A program made the translations under genes and the position numbers. A stretch of DNA of 64,000 nt, from positions 11,196 through 75,195 of the forward strand of contig JAKJDL010000002.1 in assembly GCA_022705945.1 (NCBI GenBank), written 5' to 3'. The DNA comes from Candidatus Omnitrophota bacterium. Its GTDB lineage: Bacteria; Omnitrophota; Omnitrophia; Omnitrophales; Aquincolibacteriaceae. Below the pieces are notes generated by a model. That model worked only from the letters and a program-made list of their open reading frames with translations. It searched no databases and was not told the origin of the DNA. Shown in pieces: positions 30,235-40,700 of the stretch. Position 1 is the stretch's first letter, and every line of letters starts with the position of its first letter.

Positions 30235-31248
30235 ATGAGATCCCGGAAGCTCGGCAGAACAGGATTTGAAATTTCCGAAATCGGATTCGGCTGTTGGGCT
30301 ATTGGCGGCAATGCCTACGGGCGGGTCAACGACGGGGATTCTTTGTGTGCCCTTGAAGCCGCCTGGTCAAGTGGTGTCAATTTTTTTGACACGGCCGACA
30401 TTTATGGGGAGGGGCACAGCGAGACCCTTCTGGCCCGATTCCTTAAAGGAAAGTTGCGCGATACTTTCTTTGTTGCCACCAAAGTGGGCTGGGATTTTTA
30501 TCCATCCTCACCCGGCCGCCCTGATTCTGCCGCAGGCCCGATTCAAAACAACCACGCAGAATACCGGAAAAATTTTGATGCTGCCTATGTCCGGTTCGCT
30601 TGCGAAAAGAGCTTGATGCGGCTCGGACAGGAAACGATCGATCTTTATCAGCTCCATAACCCGTCTCTTGAATTAATCCGGTCCGGAGAGCCGGTCTCGG
30701 TTCTTGAAAAACTGAGGCGGGAAGGCAAGATCCGCGCAATCGGCATATCGGTTCACAGGGAGGCCGAAGCTTTGGCGGCTCTGGAAGATCCGCGGATTGA
30801 ATCCCTTCAGATTATTCTGAATATCATGGATCAGCGAATGTCGGGAGCGGTATTTGACAAGGCTTGTGAAAAAAACACCGGTATTATTGTCCGTGAGGCT
30901 CTTGCGAGCGGACTTCTGACGGGGAAATATCCTCCCGCGCACAAATTCCCCCGCGACGATCACCGGCGACGGTGGTCCGCGGAAAAAAGAGAGTGTGACT
31001 GGGAAAAAGTGCAGCTGATCCTTAAGACCCTTGGATGCCGGAATGATCAACTGCCGCAAAGCGCGCTCGAGTTCGTCCTCTCGTTCAATGAAGTTTCTAC
31101 AGTGATCCCGGGGGCCAAGACGTGTGAGCAGGTCATGGCAAATCTCCAGGCGGTGATTTCGCCCCGGTTGTCCCGTGAGGCCATGATACGTTTGAAAAAA
31201 CTTTATACTGAAAACCCGATCTTCCGGGAAGGATTGCTCCCCCGATGA
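30235..31248 (+). CDS. Aldo/keto reductase
   Basis: N-terminal LGRTGFEISEIGFGCWAIGG and …FDTADIYG…, typical of the AKR family. Confidence 0.75.
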   Translation: MRSRKLGRTGFEISEIGFGCWAIGGNAYGRVNDGDSLCALEAAWSSGVNFFDTADIYGEGHSETLLARFLKGKLRDTFFVATKVGWDFYPSSPGRPDSAAGPIQNNHAEYRKNFDAAYVRFACEKSLMRLGQETIDLYQLHNPSLELIRSGEPVSVLEKLRREGKIRAIGISVHREAEALAALEDPRIESLQIILNIMDQRMSGAVFDKACEKNTGIIVREALASGLLTGKYPPAHKFPRDDHRRRWSAEKRECDWEKVQLILKTLGCRNDQLPQSALEFVLSFNEVSTVIPGAKTCEQVMANLQAVISPRLSREAMIRLKKLYTENPIFREGLLPR

Positions 31249-32507
31249 AGATACTGAAGGTGCTGGCGGTTCTGATCCTGGTTCTTCTGGCGCTGGTCCT
31301 CTTTCACGATTTCTGGGTCGGTTTAACCTTGCAACCGATCGTGGAAAAGCAGCTGACCGAAGCTTTTGCGATGCCGATCAATATTGACGGCATGAAAGTT
31401 CGTTTTTGGCCTTCCGGGCGTGTTTATTTCAAAAAAATAGAATGTTTTAATCCTCCGGAATTCAAACAGAAGAGGCATTTTGAAGGGGAGGAAGTGAGCA
31501 TCATCCTCGATTGGGAAGCGTTAAAGAAAAAATGCATCCGGATCAAGCGAGCACATTTCAAAAAATTTCTTTTTGCGGTTGAGACCTATATGACTTCGCG
31601 GGGTACCCGGACCAACACTTTTATTTGGTATCACAATATGGGTCTTGACGGAGATGATGATCCCGCGATGAATTTCCCGAAGCATGACGCGCCCTCGTTG
31701 GACCAGGCTGTGGCGGAGGCGTCGGCGAAAGGAAAATGGCGTGTCATGATCGACCGTCTTGAACTTGATAACGGAACGTTCCTTTTTAATGACAGAAGGG
31801 ATTCCGGCCAGGAACGCCAATGGATCTTTGAAAAGCTCAAAGGTTATTGGGAGGGGTTTGATTTTGTTTCGGGATACACGAGTCCTTCTTTCAGGGAATA
31901 CATCAGGCTGGAAGGGACCTTTGGCCGGCATCCTCCGGCTAAATTCCGGGGGGAAGGCAAATGCCAGTTCGCGGACGGAAATAATTTTGATATTCATACG
32001 ATGATCGAAGGAGGTTCCATTTCAGAATATAGTTTCTTGCTTGCGGGTCTTCCCGGTGAAGTTAAAGGCGGGGTTTTTGATCTTAGGTCCAAACTGCTTT
32101 GCGCCGAGAGCGATCTTAAATCCGAACATATCCTGACCCTCAAGGCGATGCGGCTGGGAACTCCTACCGTGACACAAAAACTCCTGAAGTATCCCTTTGG
32201 CGCGGTCCTGATGGCGCTTGAAACAGAAAAAACGATCGAGATTGAGGTGAACGTAAACGGCTATATCGGAGATCCGAAATTTTATTTTTTTCAGGCCTTT
32301 ACCAAAGCTTTCCAGCGAGCCCTTGTTCGAAAAGCCCGGACGATCCTGGACGATTTGAGAAAAGGAACGACCAAGGTGGCTGCCGAGACGCCTGCCCAGG
32401 TGAGAAGCGGGGTAGGGCAAATCGGGAATCTTTTGAATACAACTTTCAGCACATTGAATCTTTCAACATTGCTCGGAGAAACAAATAATGACAAACACGA
32501 AGACTGA
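31245..32507 (+). CDS. Hypothetical membrane-anchored protein (AsmA-like N-terminus)
   Basis: Single N-terminal TM segment (ILKVLAVLILVLLALVLF). The rest is hydrophilic. It overlaps both the AKR stop and the era start. Confidence 0.35.
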   Translation: MKILKVLAVLILVLLALVLFHDFWVGLTLQPIVEKQLTEAFAMPINIDGMKVRFWPSGRVYFKKIECFNPPEFKQKRHFEGEEVSIILDWEALKKKCIRIKRAHFKKFLFAVETYMTSRGTRTNTFIWYHNMGLDGDDDPAMNFPKHDAPSLDQAVAEASAKGKWRVMIDRLELDNGTFLFNDRRDSGQERQWIFEKLKGYWEGFDFVSGYTSPSFREYIRLEGTFGRHPPAKFRGEGKCQFADGNNFDIHTMIEGGSISEYSFLLAGLPGEVKGGVFDLRSKLLCAESDLKSEHILTLKAMRLGTPTVTQKLLKYPFGAVLMALETEKTIEIEVNVNGYIGDPKFYFFQAFTKAFQRALVRKARTILDDLRKGTTKVAAETPAQVRSGVGQIGNLLNTTFSTLNLSTLLGETNNDKHED

Positions 32508-33417
32508 TCCCGAGACGAGGGCGGGTTATGTCGCGATCATCGGCCGGCCTAATGTCGGGAAATCAACCCTTCTTAATTTTCTGGTGGGAGAAAAACTTGC
32601 CGGAATTTCCCCCAAGCCTCAGACGACGCGTGATGTGATTCGGGGGATACTGACGGTCGGGCAAGGGGGAAAATTCGGGAGTCCTTGCCGCGGACAGATA
32701 GTGTTTCTTGATACCCCCGGAGTTCATCGGCCGCACGACAAGCTTGGCGAGGAAATGATACGCGATGTCCGCCAATCTTTTGAAGATGCCGATGTGCTTT
32801 ACTGGATGGTTTATCCGCGCGCAATCGGTGAGACGGAAGAGCGGATGCTCGGCTGGTTCCGGGATTTGAAAAAACCGGTTTTCCTGCTCGTGAACCAGAT
32901 CGACAAGTTCCCCAAGCTTCAGGTTCTCCCTGCGATCGATTCTTACCAGAAAGTTTATCCCTTCAGGGAGTTCATTCCGATCAGCGCGGTAACCGGGGAA
33001 AATATTGATTCCCTGGTCTGTAAAACCCTCGAGTGCCTTCCCGAAGGCGATTTTATCTATCCGGAAGACCAGATCTCGGACCAGAACGAACGGTTCCACG
33101 TTCAGGAGTTGATCCGGGAAAAACTTTTTCATGAACTCGAAGCCGAGCTTCCCTATGACGCCGCGGTGCGTATCGATAATTACAAGGACGAAGAAAAGAT
33201 CACAAGGATCAGCGCGACCGTCATTGTGAACCGGGAATCCCAAAAGGCGATCGTGATCGGAAAAAACGGCATAAAGATCAAGGAGATCGGCCGAACTGCC
33301 CGTCTTGAGATCGAAAAACTGATCGGCCGCAAGGTCTTTCTCGAGCTTTGGGTGAAGGCCCTTCCGGACTGGAAGGAGAACACATCATTCCTCAGAGAGA
33401 TCCGCGGAACGATGTGA
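32488..33417 (+). CDS. era: GTPase Era
   Basis: G1 motif GRPNVGKSTLLN, G3 motif DTPG, and a C-terminal KH domain. Confidence 0.85.
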   Translation: MTNTKTDPETRAGYVAIIGRPNVGKSTLLNFLVGEKLAGISPKPQTTRDVIRGILTVGQGGKFGSPCRGQIVFLDTPGVHRPHDKLGEEMIRDVRQSFEDADVLYWMVYPRAIGETEERMLGWFRDLKKPVFLLVNQIDKFPKLQVLPAIDSYQKVYPFREFIPISAVTGENIDSLVCKTLECLPEGDFIYPEDQISDQNERFHVQELIREKLFHELEAELPYDAAVRIDNYKDEEKITRISATVIVNRESQKAIVIGKNGIKIKEIGRTARLEIEKLIGRKVFLELWVKALPDWKENTSFLREIRGTM

Positions 33418-34361
33418 TGAAGATACTTGTGTTCGGTGCGGGAGCGATTGGGTCCGCGTTCGGGGGATTCCTTTCGAAAGGGCATGAAGTCACACTTCTC
33501 GGGCGGAAGCCCCATGTAGAAGCTATCCGCAAAAGGGGTCTCAAGGTGTCCGGTATTTGGGGACGGCACACCTTCCGCCCCGGGGGGCTTGCGACCTGCA
33601 TTTACGACCTCGACCGCTCAGCGCCTTACGATCTGATCCTTTGTACGGTCAAATCTTATAGCACGTCGGAAGCGGCGGGTCTTATCAAGAAAATCATGGG
33701 GCCGAAGACGATTGCTCTTTCGCTTCAAAACGGTCTCGGAAATATCGAGACGCTTTGTAAAGCCCTTCCCCCCAAACAAGTATTGGGCGGCCGGGTGATC
33801 TTCGGAGTTGAATTGAGCGAGCCCGGAAATATCCATGTCTCCGTGATCGCCCGGCCGACGGCGGTCGGAGAGGTTGTCCCCGGGGGAAAGATCACGTCTC
33901 GTGTCAGAAGAATCGTCCGTGTCTTTAATGAAGCGAAGCTTCCTTCCGTTTCTTCCGCGGATGTCAGGGGGCTTCTTTGGCTTAAGGTCGTTTATAACGC
34001 GGCGTTGAATCCGCTGGCTTCGCTCATGAGATCTCACTACGGAGTTTTAGGAGAAGATCCCGCCGCTCGTGATACGATGAACGCGGTTATCGACGAGGTC
34101 TACGCCGTAGCTCACGGCATCGGCATGGATCTTAAGCCCGCAACGCCGGCGGGCTATAAGAAACTGTTTTATTCCAAGCTTCTTCCACGGACCTGCGATC
34201 ATCACCCCTCCATGCTCCAGGACCTTGAAAAAGGGAAGAAGACCGAGATTGATTCGATCAACGGGTTTATTTTGAAGCTCGGCAAAGAAAGAAAAATTCC
34301 GACGCCTGTTAACGCTTACCTTGTCAGGGCTATCAAAAAAGCTGAAAAAGAAACCGGATAA
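33418..34361 (+). CDS. panE: 2-dehydropantoate 2-reductase (PanE/ApbA family)
   Basis: N-terminal Rossmann segment MKILVFGAGAIGSAFGG and a C-terminal ApbA-like domain. The TGATGA junction with era suggests translational coupling. Confidence 0.65.
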
Positions 34362-34400
34362 AAACCGGTTTTTGTTGTCCGCCCGCGGTCAATGGAAGAA

Positions 34401-35600
34401 TTATTCGAGAGTCGGGAATTCGGGGAGGTCATTGCCGATCAGAGGCAGGGCGTATCGGACAAAGTCCGGCGTGACCATATTGGTCGGGGCGTCGAAGAAA
34501 CGGGGGGTGAGAATCCGTTCCTGGCTCGGGATTTTTTCAAGAGGGATCGGGACATACTTGATTTTGTAGTCGTAGCTCTCGGCACGCTTGAATCCCACCA
34601 TAACCTTTGACATTCCTTTCAAAGCCCACTTCACGGCATGAGCGCCCGCTTCATAGGCTTCCTCCTGATCGACAGAAGAAATATAAGGCATCGACATCCT
34701 TTGGATCGTGCCGGGTTTATCGAATCGGGCGCGGATCTTGAGGTGGACTTCGACAAGTTTTGTCAGGTGAGCAGCCGCTCCTTCCACGTAGGGGTGTCCG
34801 AAAGGGTCGCGGGTTATGCCGCCGGCCTTGCTGCCGATCCGTTTCCCCTCGGCGTCCCGGATCGTTTCCGAAATCACAATAATGCAGAAACCCGCCCGGG
34901 CGAGTGTTTTGTCGACCTGTCTGATGAAATGAGCCTCCTCAAAAGGGACTTCCGGGACGTAGAGAAGATGGGGCGCGTCGAGCTCTGTTTTTTTCAAAAG
35001 GGCGGCCGCGGCGACGATCCAGCCCGCGTTTCTTCCCATAAGCTCGATCACCTTGACGGGATCCACGCGCTTCATGGCTTTGGTGTCGAGGGCGGCCTCC
35101 TGGGTGCTGACGGCCGCAAAACGGGCGACGGAGCCGTAGCCCGGACAATGGTCGGTTTCCATCAGATCGTTATCGATGGTTTTGGGTATGTGAATAACAC
35201 ACAAATCGTAGTTTTCTTTTTCTGCGGCGCGGGCGATCTGCATGCTGGTATTGGCCGTATCGTTGCCGCCGATCAAAAAAAGATAACGGATGTCTTCGCG
35301 CTTGAACTCCGAGAGGATCTTGAGATCATCGCCCGGCTGGAGTTTGTAGCGCGAGGAACCGAGCGCCGCCGAAGGGGTTTTGGCAATCTTTTTGATCAGG
35401 GACCTTGACTGTCTGCCAAGGTCAATCAGGTTCCGGTTAAGGACGCCTTCAATGCCGTGAACGGAGCCGAAGATTTTTGGGATTCTGTGCGAGGCCCGGG
35501 CCGTTTCCGTGACCCCGGCAAGGCTTTGATTGATGACCGCCGTGCAGCCGCCCGACTGCGCGACTACAGCGTTCCCCTTAAGCGATGAAGAAATGGGCAT
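34401..35600 (-). CDS. Phosphofructokinase-family (PFK-A) protein with atypical active-site motifs
   Basis: PFK fold with …SGGCTAVINQS… and …LIGGNDTANTS… in place of the canonical SGGDAPGMN and GGDGS. The phospho-donor (ATP or PPi) is uncertain. Confidence 0.6.
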   Translation of the reverse strand: MPISSSLKGNAVVAQSGGCTAVINQSLAGVTETARASHRIPKIFGSVHGIEGVLNRNLIDLGRQSRSLIKKIAKTPSAALGSSRYKLQPGDDLKILSEFKREDIRYLFLIGGNDTANTSMQIARAAEKENYDLCVIHIPKTIDNDLMETDHCPGYGSVARFAAVSTQEAALDTKAMKRVDPVKVIELMGRNAGWIVAAAALLKKTELDAPHLLYVPEVPFEEAHFIRQVDKTLARAGFCIIVISETIRDAEGKRIGSKAGGITRDPFGHPYVEGAAAHLTKLVEVHLKIRARFDKPGTIQRMSMPYISSVDQEEAYEAGAHAVKWALKGMSKVMVGFKRAESYDYKIKYVPIPLEKIPSQERILTPRFFDAPTNMVTPDFVRYALPLIGNDLPEFPTLE

Positions 35601-35674
35601 GAGTGATTCCTGTGTCGAAATTGAAAATAATTTGCGCTAGTATAACTTCAACAAGGGAGAAACGCCAGTCCGTC

Positions 35675-36772
35675 ATGAAATCCATCATCGTTAAACGAGC
35701 TTCCGCAAGGATTTGGCGGGCGAAATTGAATTCGCCTTTCCGGATCGCCCTCGGTTCCCACAAAGTCCTCGAAAACATTCTTTTCACCATTGAGCTTTCC
35801 AACGGCATTCACGGCTGCGGCGAAGCGGGTGTTGCGACCCACATCACAGGAGAAACAGTCCGGGGAACGCTTTTGAACCTGATTGACGCGACAAAGGATA
35901 TGACGGGGATGGAGATCGATCGTTTTCCGGATGCCGCGGATGAATTTTCTTTCAAATTTGGCCGGAACAAATGCGCGCTTGCCGCGTTGGAGATGGCCAT
36001 GCTCGACGCCGTCACCCGGACAAAAGGGATGCCGCTTTGGCAGGCATTCGGAAACAAAGCGGGTATCTTAAAAACCGATATGACGGTGGTTCTTGGGTCG
36101 GTGAGTTCGGCGCGAGCGGATGCCCGCATCATTGCCCGGAGGAGGATCCGTTCATTCAAGGTGAAGGTCGGCCGTGATTTTGGCGAAGACATCAGCAGGG
36201 TCAAAGCCGTCGCCGGGATCGCCCGGAAACTTCCGATCTTTCTCGACGCGAACCAGGGTTTCACGGTCTCACAAACCTTGAAGTTTCTGAAGCGGCTTGA
36301 AGAACTGGGGATCGCCCCGGCTCTTATCGAGCAGCCCGTCGCGAAAGGAGATCTGGAAGGTCTTGCGAAGATAACACGTGAAAGCAAGACGCTCGTTTTC
36401 GCGGATGAGAGCGCCGGTTCGCTGGAGGACGTGAAGCGGATTGTTCGAAAAAAAGCCGCGGGAGGTATTAATATCAAACTGATGAAAACAGGGCTTCTTG
36501 AATCTTATGAGATAGCAAAGTTCGCGAGGAAAAACAATCTCGGACTCATGATTGGCTGCATGATGGAAACGCCTCTTGCCGTGGCAGCAGCGGCGCACCT
36601 TGCGGCGGGATGCGGAGGTTTTGATTTTATCGATCTCGACAGCCCGTTTTTTATGGCCGAACGCGTGACTCGCGGTTTTTACCCGAGCGCTTCGGGTATT
36701 TATGATGTTTCCAAGGTCCGTGCCGGCATAGGGGTTCAACCGCTTCCGGGACCAACCGGATCGGGGAGATAA
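35675..36772 (+). CDS. Enolase-superfamily enzyme (mandelate racemase / dipeptide-epimerase / OSBS-like)
   Basis: MR/MLE architecture with KVKVG…DANQG…ADES acid/base and metal-ligand segments. AAGGGAGA RBS upstream of the ATG at 35675. Confidence 0.6.
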   Translation: MKSIIVKRASARIWRAKLNSPFRIALGSHKVLENILFTIELSNGIHGCGEAGVATHITGETVRGTLLNLIDATKDMTGMEIDRFPDAADEFSFKFGRNKCALAALEMAMLDAVTRTKGMPLWQAFGNKAGILKTDMTVVLGSVSSARADARIIARRRIRSFKVKVGRDFGEDISRVKAVAGIARKLPIFLDANQGFTVSQTLKFLKRLEELGIAPALIEQPVAKGDLEGLAKITRESKTLVFADESAGSLEDVKRIVRKKAAGGINIKLMKTGLLESYEIAKFARKNNLGLMIGCMMETPLAVAAAAHLAAGCGGFDFIDLDSPFFMAERVTRGFYPSASGIYDVSKVRAGIGVQPLPGPTGSGR

Positions 36773-36773
36773 C

Positions 36774-37922
36774 ATGATCGATCATCCGGCCGGCATTCTC
36801 TGTGCGCTTCTTTTGATAGAAGCGCTTGTGCTTTATTTTTACGAAGACCCGAAGCTGGGACGTTTTTTTCGATTTCCCCCCGCCCTTTTCTGGATCTATT
36901 TTCTGCCGATGCTTGCCTCCAATCTTGAAATCCTGCCGTGCGAATTGCGCTTGTACGAAGACATCACCCATGCCCTTTTGCCTGCCGGAATTATTCTGCT
37001 TCTTGTTTCTTCCGATCTGCCGGCGGTTATCAGGCTCGGGAAACCGTCGCTTCTGATGATGACCGCAGCCATTCTGGGAATCATGGGGGGAGTTCCCCTT
37101 ATGGTTTTTCTTTTCAAACCATGGCTTCCGCCGGACGCATGGTCGGGGTTCGGCGCGCTTTCGGCCTCCTGGATCGGGGGTAGTTCCAATATGATCGCTG
37201 TGAAGGAAGCGATCGGAACGCCTGACAGGATTTTTTTCCCGATGATCGTGGTGGATACGGTTGTTGCTTATTCCTGGATGGGGCTGTTGCTTCTCGGCCC
37301 GGGAATACAAAAAGTTTATGACCGGTGGAACCGGTCGGACCGCCGGATGATCGAGGAGCTTGAGGGGAAGGGGATCGGCTCGGTTTTTATCTCCAGAACG
37401 GTCCGGTATCAATATCTGCCGGTCATTTTGGCCGCGGGATTTGGAGGCGCCTGGATCGCGCGTTTTTTTTCCGATCGTTTCGCCGGAGGATCTTTTGCGT
37501 GGGTGATCATTCTGGCTTCCACGATCGGCATTCTGTTTTCTTTTACTTCTCTTAAAAAAACAGCTTCTTTTGGCGCGGCGAGGATCGGCTACCTGCTTCT
37601 CTTCTTTGTCCTCGCCTCAATCGGAGTAAGGGCCGATCTTTCCGGAATTCTTGAGGCACCGGTTTTGATCCTCGTGGGGGTTTCAATCGTCCTGTTTCAT
37701 GCGTTCCTGGTCCTTGTTACGGCAAGAATAGCGCGTATCCCGCTCGGGTTAGCGGCAACGGCAAGCCAGGCCTCAATAGGGGGCCCCGCTTCCGCGCCGA
37801 TCGTAGGGGTCGCCTATGAGCCCCTGCTTGCTCCGGTCGGACTTTTACTCGGGATTCTCGGGAATGTAGTCGGAACCTACCTCGGTATTCTTGTAAGTTT
37901 GTTGTGCCGATGGGTCTCCTGA
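36774..37922 (+). CDS. Polytopic membrane protein (DUF819-like), possible transporter
   Basis: 382 aa with about 10-12 TM segments. Family name is from memory only. Confidence 0.35.
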   Translation: MIDHPAGILCALLLIEALVLYFYEDPKLGRFFRFPPALFWIYFLPMLASNLEILPCELRLYEDITHALLPAGIILLLVSSDLPAVIRLGKPSLLMMTAAILGIMGGVPLMVFLFKPWLPPDAWSGFGALSASWIGGSSNMIAVKEAIGTPDRIFFPMIVVDTVVAYSWMGLLLLGPGIQKVYDRWNRSDRRMIEELEGKGIGSVFISRTVRYQYLPVILAAGFGGAWIARFFSDRFAGGSFAWVIILASTIGILFSFTSLKKTASFGAARIGYLLLFFVLASIGVRADLSGILEAPVLILVGVSIVLFHAFLVLVTARIARIPLGLAATASQASIGGPASAPIVGVAYEPLLAPVGLLLGILGNVVGTYLGILVSLLCRWVS

Positions 37923-38018
37923 CCGCGCGCCGGACAGTGAACGGCTGGCAAAAAGGTTTTAGTGAAGTGTTTTGCGCGTTGTGCCTCGCGTCAATTTAAT
38001 GTTACAATCCCCTTCCTT

Positions 38019-38639
38019 ATGGAAAAGAAATCTCTCAGGGTAAAAGCGGTGATCTTTGATCTTGGCAATGTGCTTGTGAATTATGACGCCAAGAAAGCCG
38101 CCCGCCGGTTTTCGGAGGCCGGAGGCATTTCTCAAACACGGATCTGGGCGCATTTTTTTCTTTCGAGATTTGAAAAGGCCTATACGTGCGGAGAAATATC
38201 AACCCGGGAGTTTTACCTGGAAGCCTGCCGGGTTTTCAAAAAACCCGTTCCGTTTTCAACCTTCAAACATTACTGGAACGATATTTTCTGGGAGAATCCC
38301 GGAATGGAGAAACTGCTCAAGCGGCTCAAGCGGCATTATCCGCTTTACCTGATCTCGAACACGAACAGGCTCCATTTCACCCACATCAAGCGTGAGTTTA
38401 AACTGCTCCGTCATTTCAAAAGAATGTTCCCGTCACATGAGGTCGGCGCCCGAAAGCCCGATCTTGAGATTTATCGCCGCGTCCTCAAAAAAATAGGTCT
38501 GCGGCCTGAAGAAACGGTTTTTGTCGATGATATGAAAAGTTTCATCATGGGTGCCCGTAAAGCGGGGATGCGCGCCATTCGCTTCCGCGGCCTTGACCGT
38601 CTCCTGAAAGATCTCAGGAGTCAGGGTGTCCGCTTTTGA
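38019..38639 (+). CDS. HAD-superfamily hydrolase
   Basis: Motif I VIFDLGNVL and C-terminal …VFVDD…. The start is taken at the internal M. Confidence 0.6.
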   Translation: MEKKSLRVKAVIFDLGNVLVNYDAKKAARRFSEAGGISQTRIWAHFFLSRFEKAYTCGEISTREFYLEACRVFKKPVPFSTFKHYWNDIFWENPGMEKLLKRLKRHYPLYLISNTNRLHFTHIKREFKLLRHFKRMFPSHEVGARKPDLEIYRRVLKKIGLRPEETVFVDDMKSFIMGARKAGMRAIRFRGLDRLLKDLRSQGVRF

Positions 38640-39523
38640 GCGGTGTCGAAGCGGAAAGCAAAAATTTAACACCTGCGGGTTTCTTCAAAACAGCTCTGCT
38701 ATTAACAGTCCTGACAGCAGTCGTTGCTTTTATTGGTTACCGGGCGGGCGGGGCTCCGGGCGCGGCGGCGTCGCTTTTTTTCTCCTGTGTGATAAACTCC
38801 GGCCTTGTTTTTTTCAGTGACAAGGCCGTTTTGTCAATGCATCGGGCCATGCCGCTCTCCGAAGCGGCGGCTCCGGAAGTTCATGCGATCGTAAAAAAGC
38901 TTTCCCATAAAGCCCGGATTCCGACCCCCCGGATTTTCTTTCTTCCCTCCGCCTCCGCCAATCTCTTTTCTGTCGGCCGGGACCCCGGACGCGCGTCGAT
39001 CGCGGTGACCCATGGTATTGTTGAACTACTTAACCAAGAAGAGATTGAGGGGGTGCTGGCCCATGAGATTGCCCACATACTCAAGCGGGAAACCCTTCTC
39101 GCGGGGATTACGGCTTTGCTTGCGGGGGGACTCAACATGATTGTGGATTTGTCGCGGTGGCAGATGTTCAGGGACGGTGCGGGGCGAGAGGAGCTTGACA
39201 GCACGCATCCTGTCGCCTTGATCCTGGCTTCTGTTTTCATGCCGTGTGCCGCCCTGTTGGTACGGCTTACGATCCCGAAGTCCCGCGAATACGACGCGGA
39301 TATTATAGGAGCCCGGCTTTGCGGGAATCCGCTTTACCTGGCAAGTGCCCTGCGAAAGATCGAGTCGGCTTCTTTTCGTGTGCCGCTCAGGGATGCGTTA
39401 CCCGCAACAGCCCATCTCTTTTTTGTGAACCCTTGTCCGGGGAAAGGCTGGCCGGCTCTTTTCTATAGACACCCGAAAGTTGAGAACCGGATGGTCCGGC
39501 TTATGGCGATGAGCCCCGCATGA
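38636..39523 (+). CDS. htpX: M48-family membrane zinc metalloprotease (HtpX-like)
   Basis: HEIAHI zinc motif (LAHEIAHILKRE) with flanking TM segments. Confidence 0.7.
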   Translation: MSGVEAESKNLTPAGFFKTALLLTVLTAVVAFIGYRAGGAPGAAASLFFSCVINSGLVFFSDKAVLSMHRAMPLSEAAAPEVHAIVKKLSHKARIPTPRIFFLPSASANLFSVGRDPGRASIAVTHGIVELLNQEEIEGVLAHEIAHILKRETLLAGITALLAGGLNMIVDLSRWQMFRDGAGREELDSTHPVALILASVFMPCAALLVRLTIPKSREYDADIIGARLCGNPLYLASALRKIESASFRVPLRDALPATAHLFFVNPCPGKGWPALFYRHPKVENRMVRLMAMSPA

Positions 39524-39611
39524 GCGCTTTGTTTGAAACATTGACGGTCATGGTATCAAAAGTTACAATGTCTCGTTTTTCAACACACCGTAAGATCCAA
39601 GGAGGAAAAAA

Positions 39612-39923
39612 ATGGCTTACGTCATTACCGAAAAATGTCACGGCGAGCGGTATGGTCTTTGCGCCACCGTATGCCCGGTCGAAGCGATTTGTCCCGGTAC
39701 CTATCAGGGAAAAGATTTCATGGTGATCGATCCGACGGTTTGTATTTCGTGCGGCGCTTGCGCGGCAGAATGTCCGGTCGGCTCGATTGTCGAATCTGAG
39801 GATATGGATCCGGACTGGGCCAAGATCAATGCGGACCTGGCAGCCCAGTTTAAGTCGAATCCCAAGGTCACTCCCCGCGCCAGGACCGAGGCGCCGAAGA
39901 AGTCTACGAACACGCTGAAATAA
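39612..39923 (+). CDS. 4Fe-4S dicluster ferredoxin
   Basis: CISCGACAAECP plus a second Cys-rich segment. 103 aa. GGAGG RBS upstream. Confidence 0.75.
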   Translation: MAYVITEKCHGERYGLCATVCPVEAICPGTYQGKDFMVIDPTVCISCGACAAECPVGSIVESEDMDPDWAKINADLAAQFKSNPKVTPRARTEAPKKSTNTLK

Positions 39924-39946
39924 GTAATCGGTTTTACGCGGACTTG

Positions 39947-40004
39947 CCCCGACCGGCCCGCCGCGCAGTTGACGCGGTTCAGCGGTCGGGGCAAATTCGT
40001 CTCA
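39947..40004 (+). terminator. Long perfect hairpin downstream of the ferredoxin gene (putative terminator or regulatory stem-loop)
   Basis: 12-bp perfect inverted repeat TTGCCCCGACCG / CGGTCGGGGCAA with inner CCGCG/CGCGG pairing. Only a weak U-tract follows. Confidence 0.4.
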
Positions 40005-40026
40005 GGAGACAGGACGGTTTTCCGAC

Positions 40027-40614
40027 ATGCCGCATTCGGATTTGCATTTGAACGTAAATGCGCTCGAGCAACTCCTTAAAAAGAATATCGATGCATTTGC
40101 TGCCGTGAACCCTTCCGCCAAAGTTATTCTCCGCGGATTGTCTCTTGTCGGTATCGGCTTCCGGCCCGTCCTGGACCATTTGCTGTTCCGGACCACCCGT
40201 CCTTCGGAACGCGTGCGGGAATTTACGGAGCTTGGTTATTCCGGGGATCCCTCTGCCAGGGTCATGGACGGCTGCGGAAACCCCGTGAGCGTTTACCGGT
40301 GCAGGTGTCTTCCCGCGATTTTGATCGAAGAAGCCCGCGGTAAAGATTCCAGAGAATGGGTTCGGCTCTTCGGGGATTCGTCGCCCTATATGCTTGGCAT
40401 GAAAGTGGATTCCCTTGAAGAGGCCGCATTCTATCTTGAAAAACAGGCGGTCCGGTTTCTCAGACCCGAAGCGGGAAAACCGGGCGAAGAGGTCCGTGCG
40501 ATCGCGGCGCTGCCGGTATTTCGGGACGGAGCCGCGGTGAATGTGCTGGTCCTTGTGGAACGTCATGCCGGGAATACGAACTATTATGGACCTGATTTCT
40601 GGTCGAAGGCCTAA
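40027..40614 (+). CDS. Hypothetical protein
   Basis: 195 aa with no motif I can name confidently. An LDHLLFRTT segment is reminiscent of VOC/DUF1338-type metalloenzymes. Confidence 0.3.
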   Translation: MPHSDLHLNVNALEQLLKKNIDAFAAVNPSAKVILRGLSLVGIGFRPVLDHLLFRTTRPSERVREFTELGYSGDPSARVMDGCGNPVSVYRCRCLPAILIEEARGKDSREWVRLFGDSSPYMLGMKVDSLEEAAFYLEKQAVRFLRPEAGKPGEEVRAIAALPVFRDGAAVNVLVLVERHAGNTNYYGPDFWSKA

Positions 40615-40700
40615 GCCGGTCCCGGAATGCGGGAAATATAACCGGGTGATAAAGGTTAAAATTTAGGGGCGTTTGGTTTTAAAGAAACAAAAGGGGAATC

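Noticed and set aside
36651-37412. 253-aa minus-strand ORF overlapping the DUF819 membrane-protein gene
   Set aside because: It is antisense to a multi-TM ORF. Its Arg/Lys/His-rich composition is implausible for a real protein.
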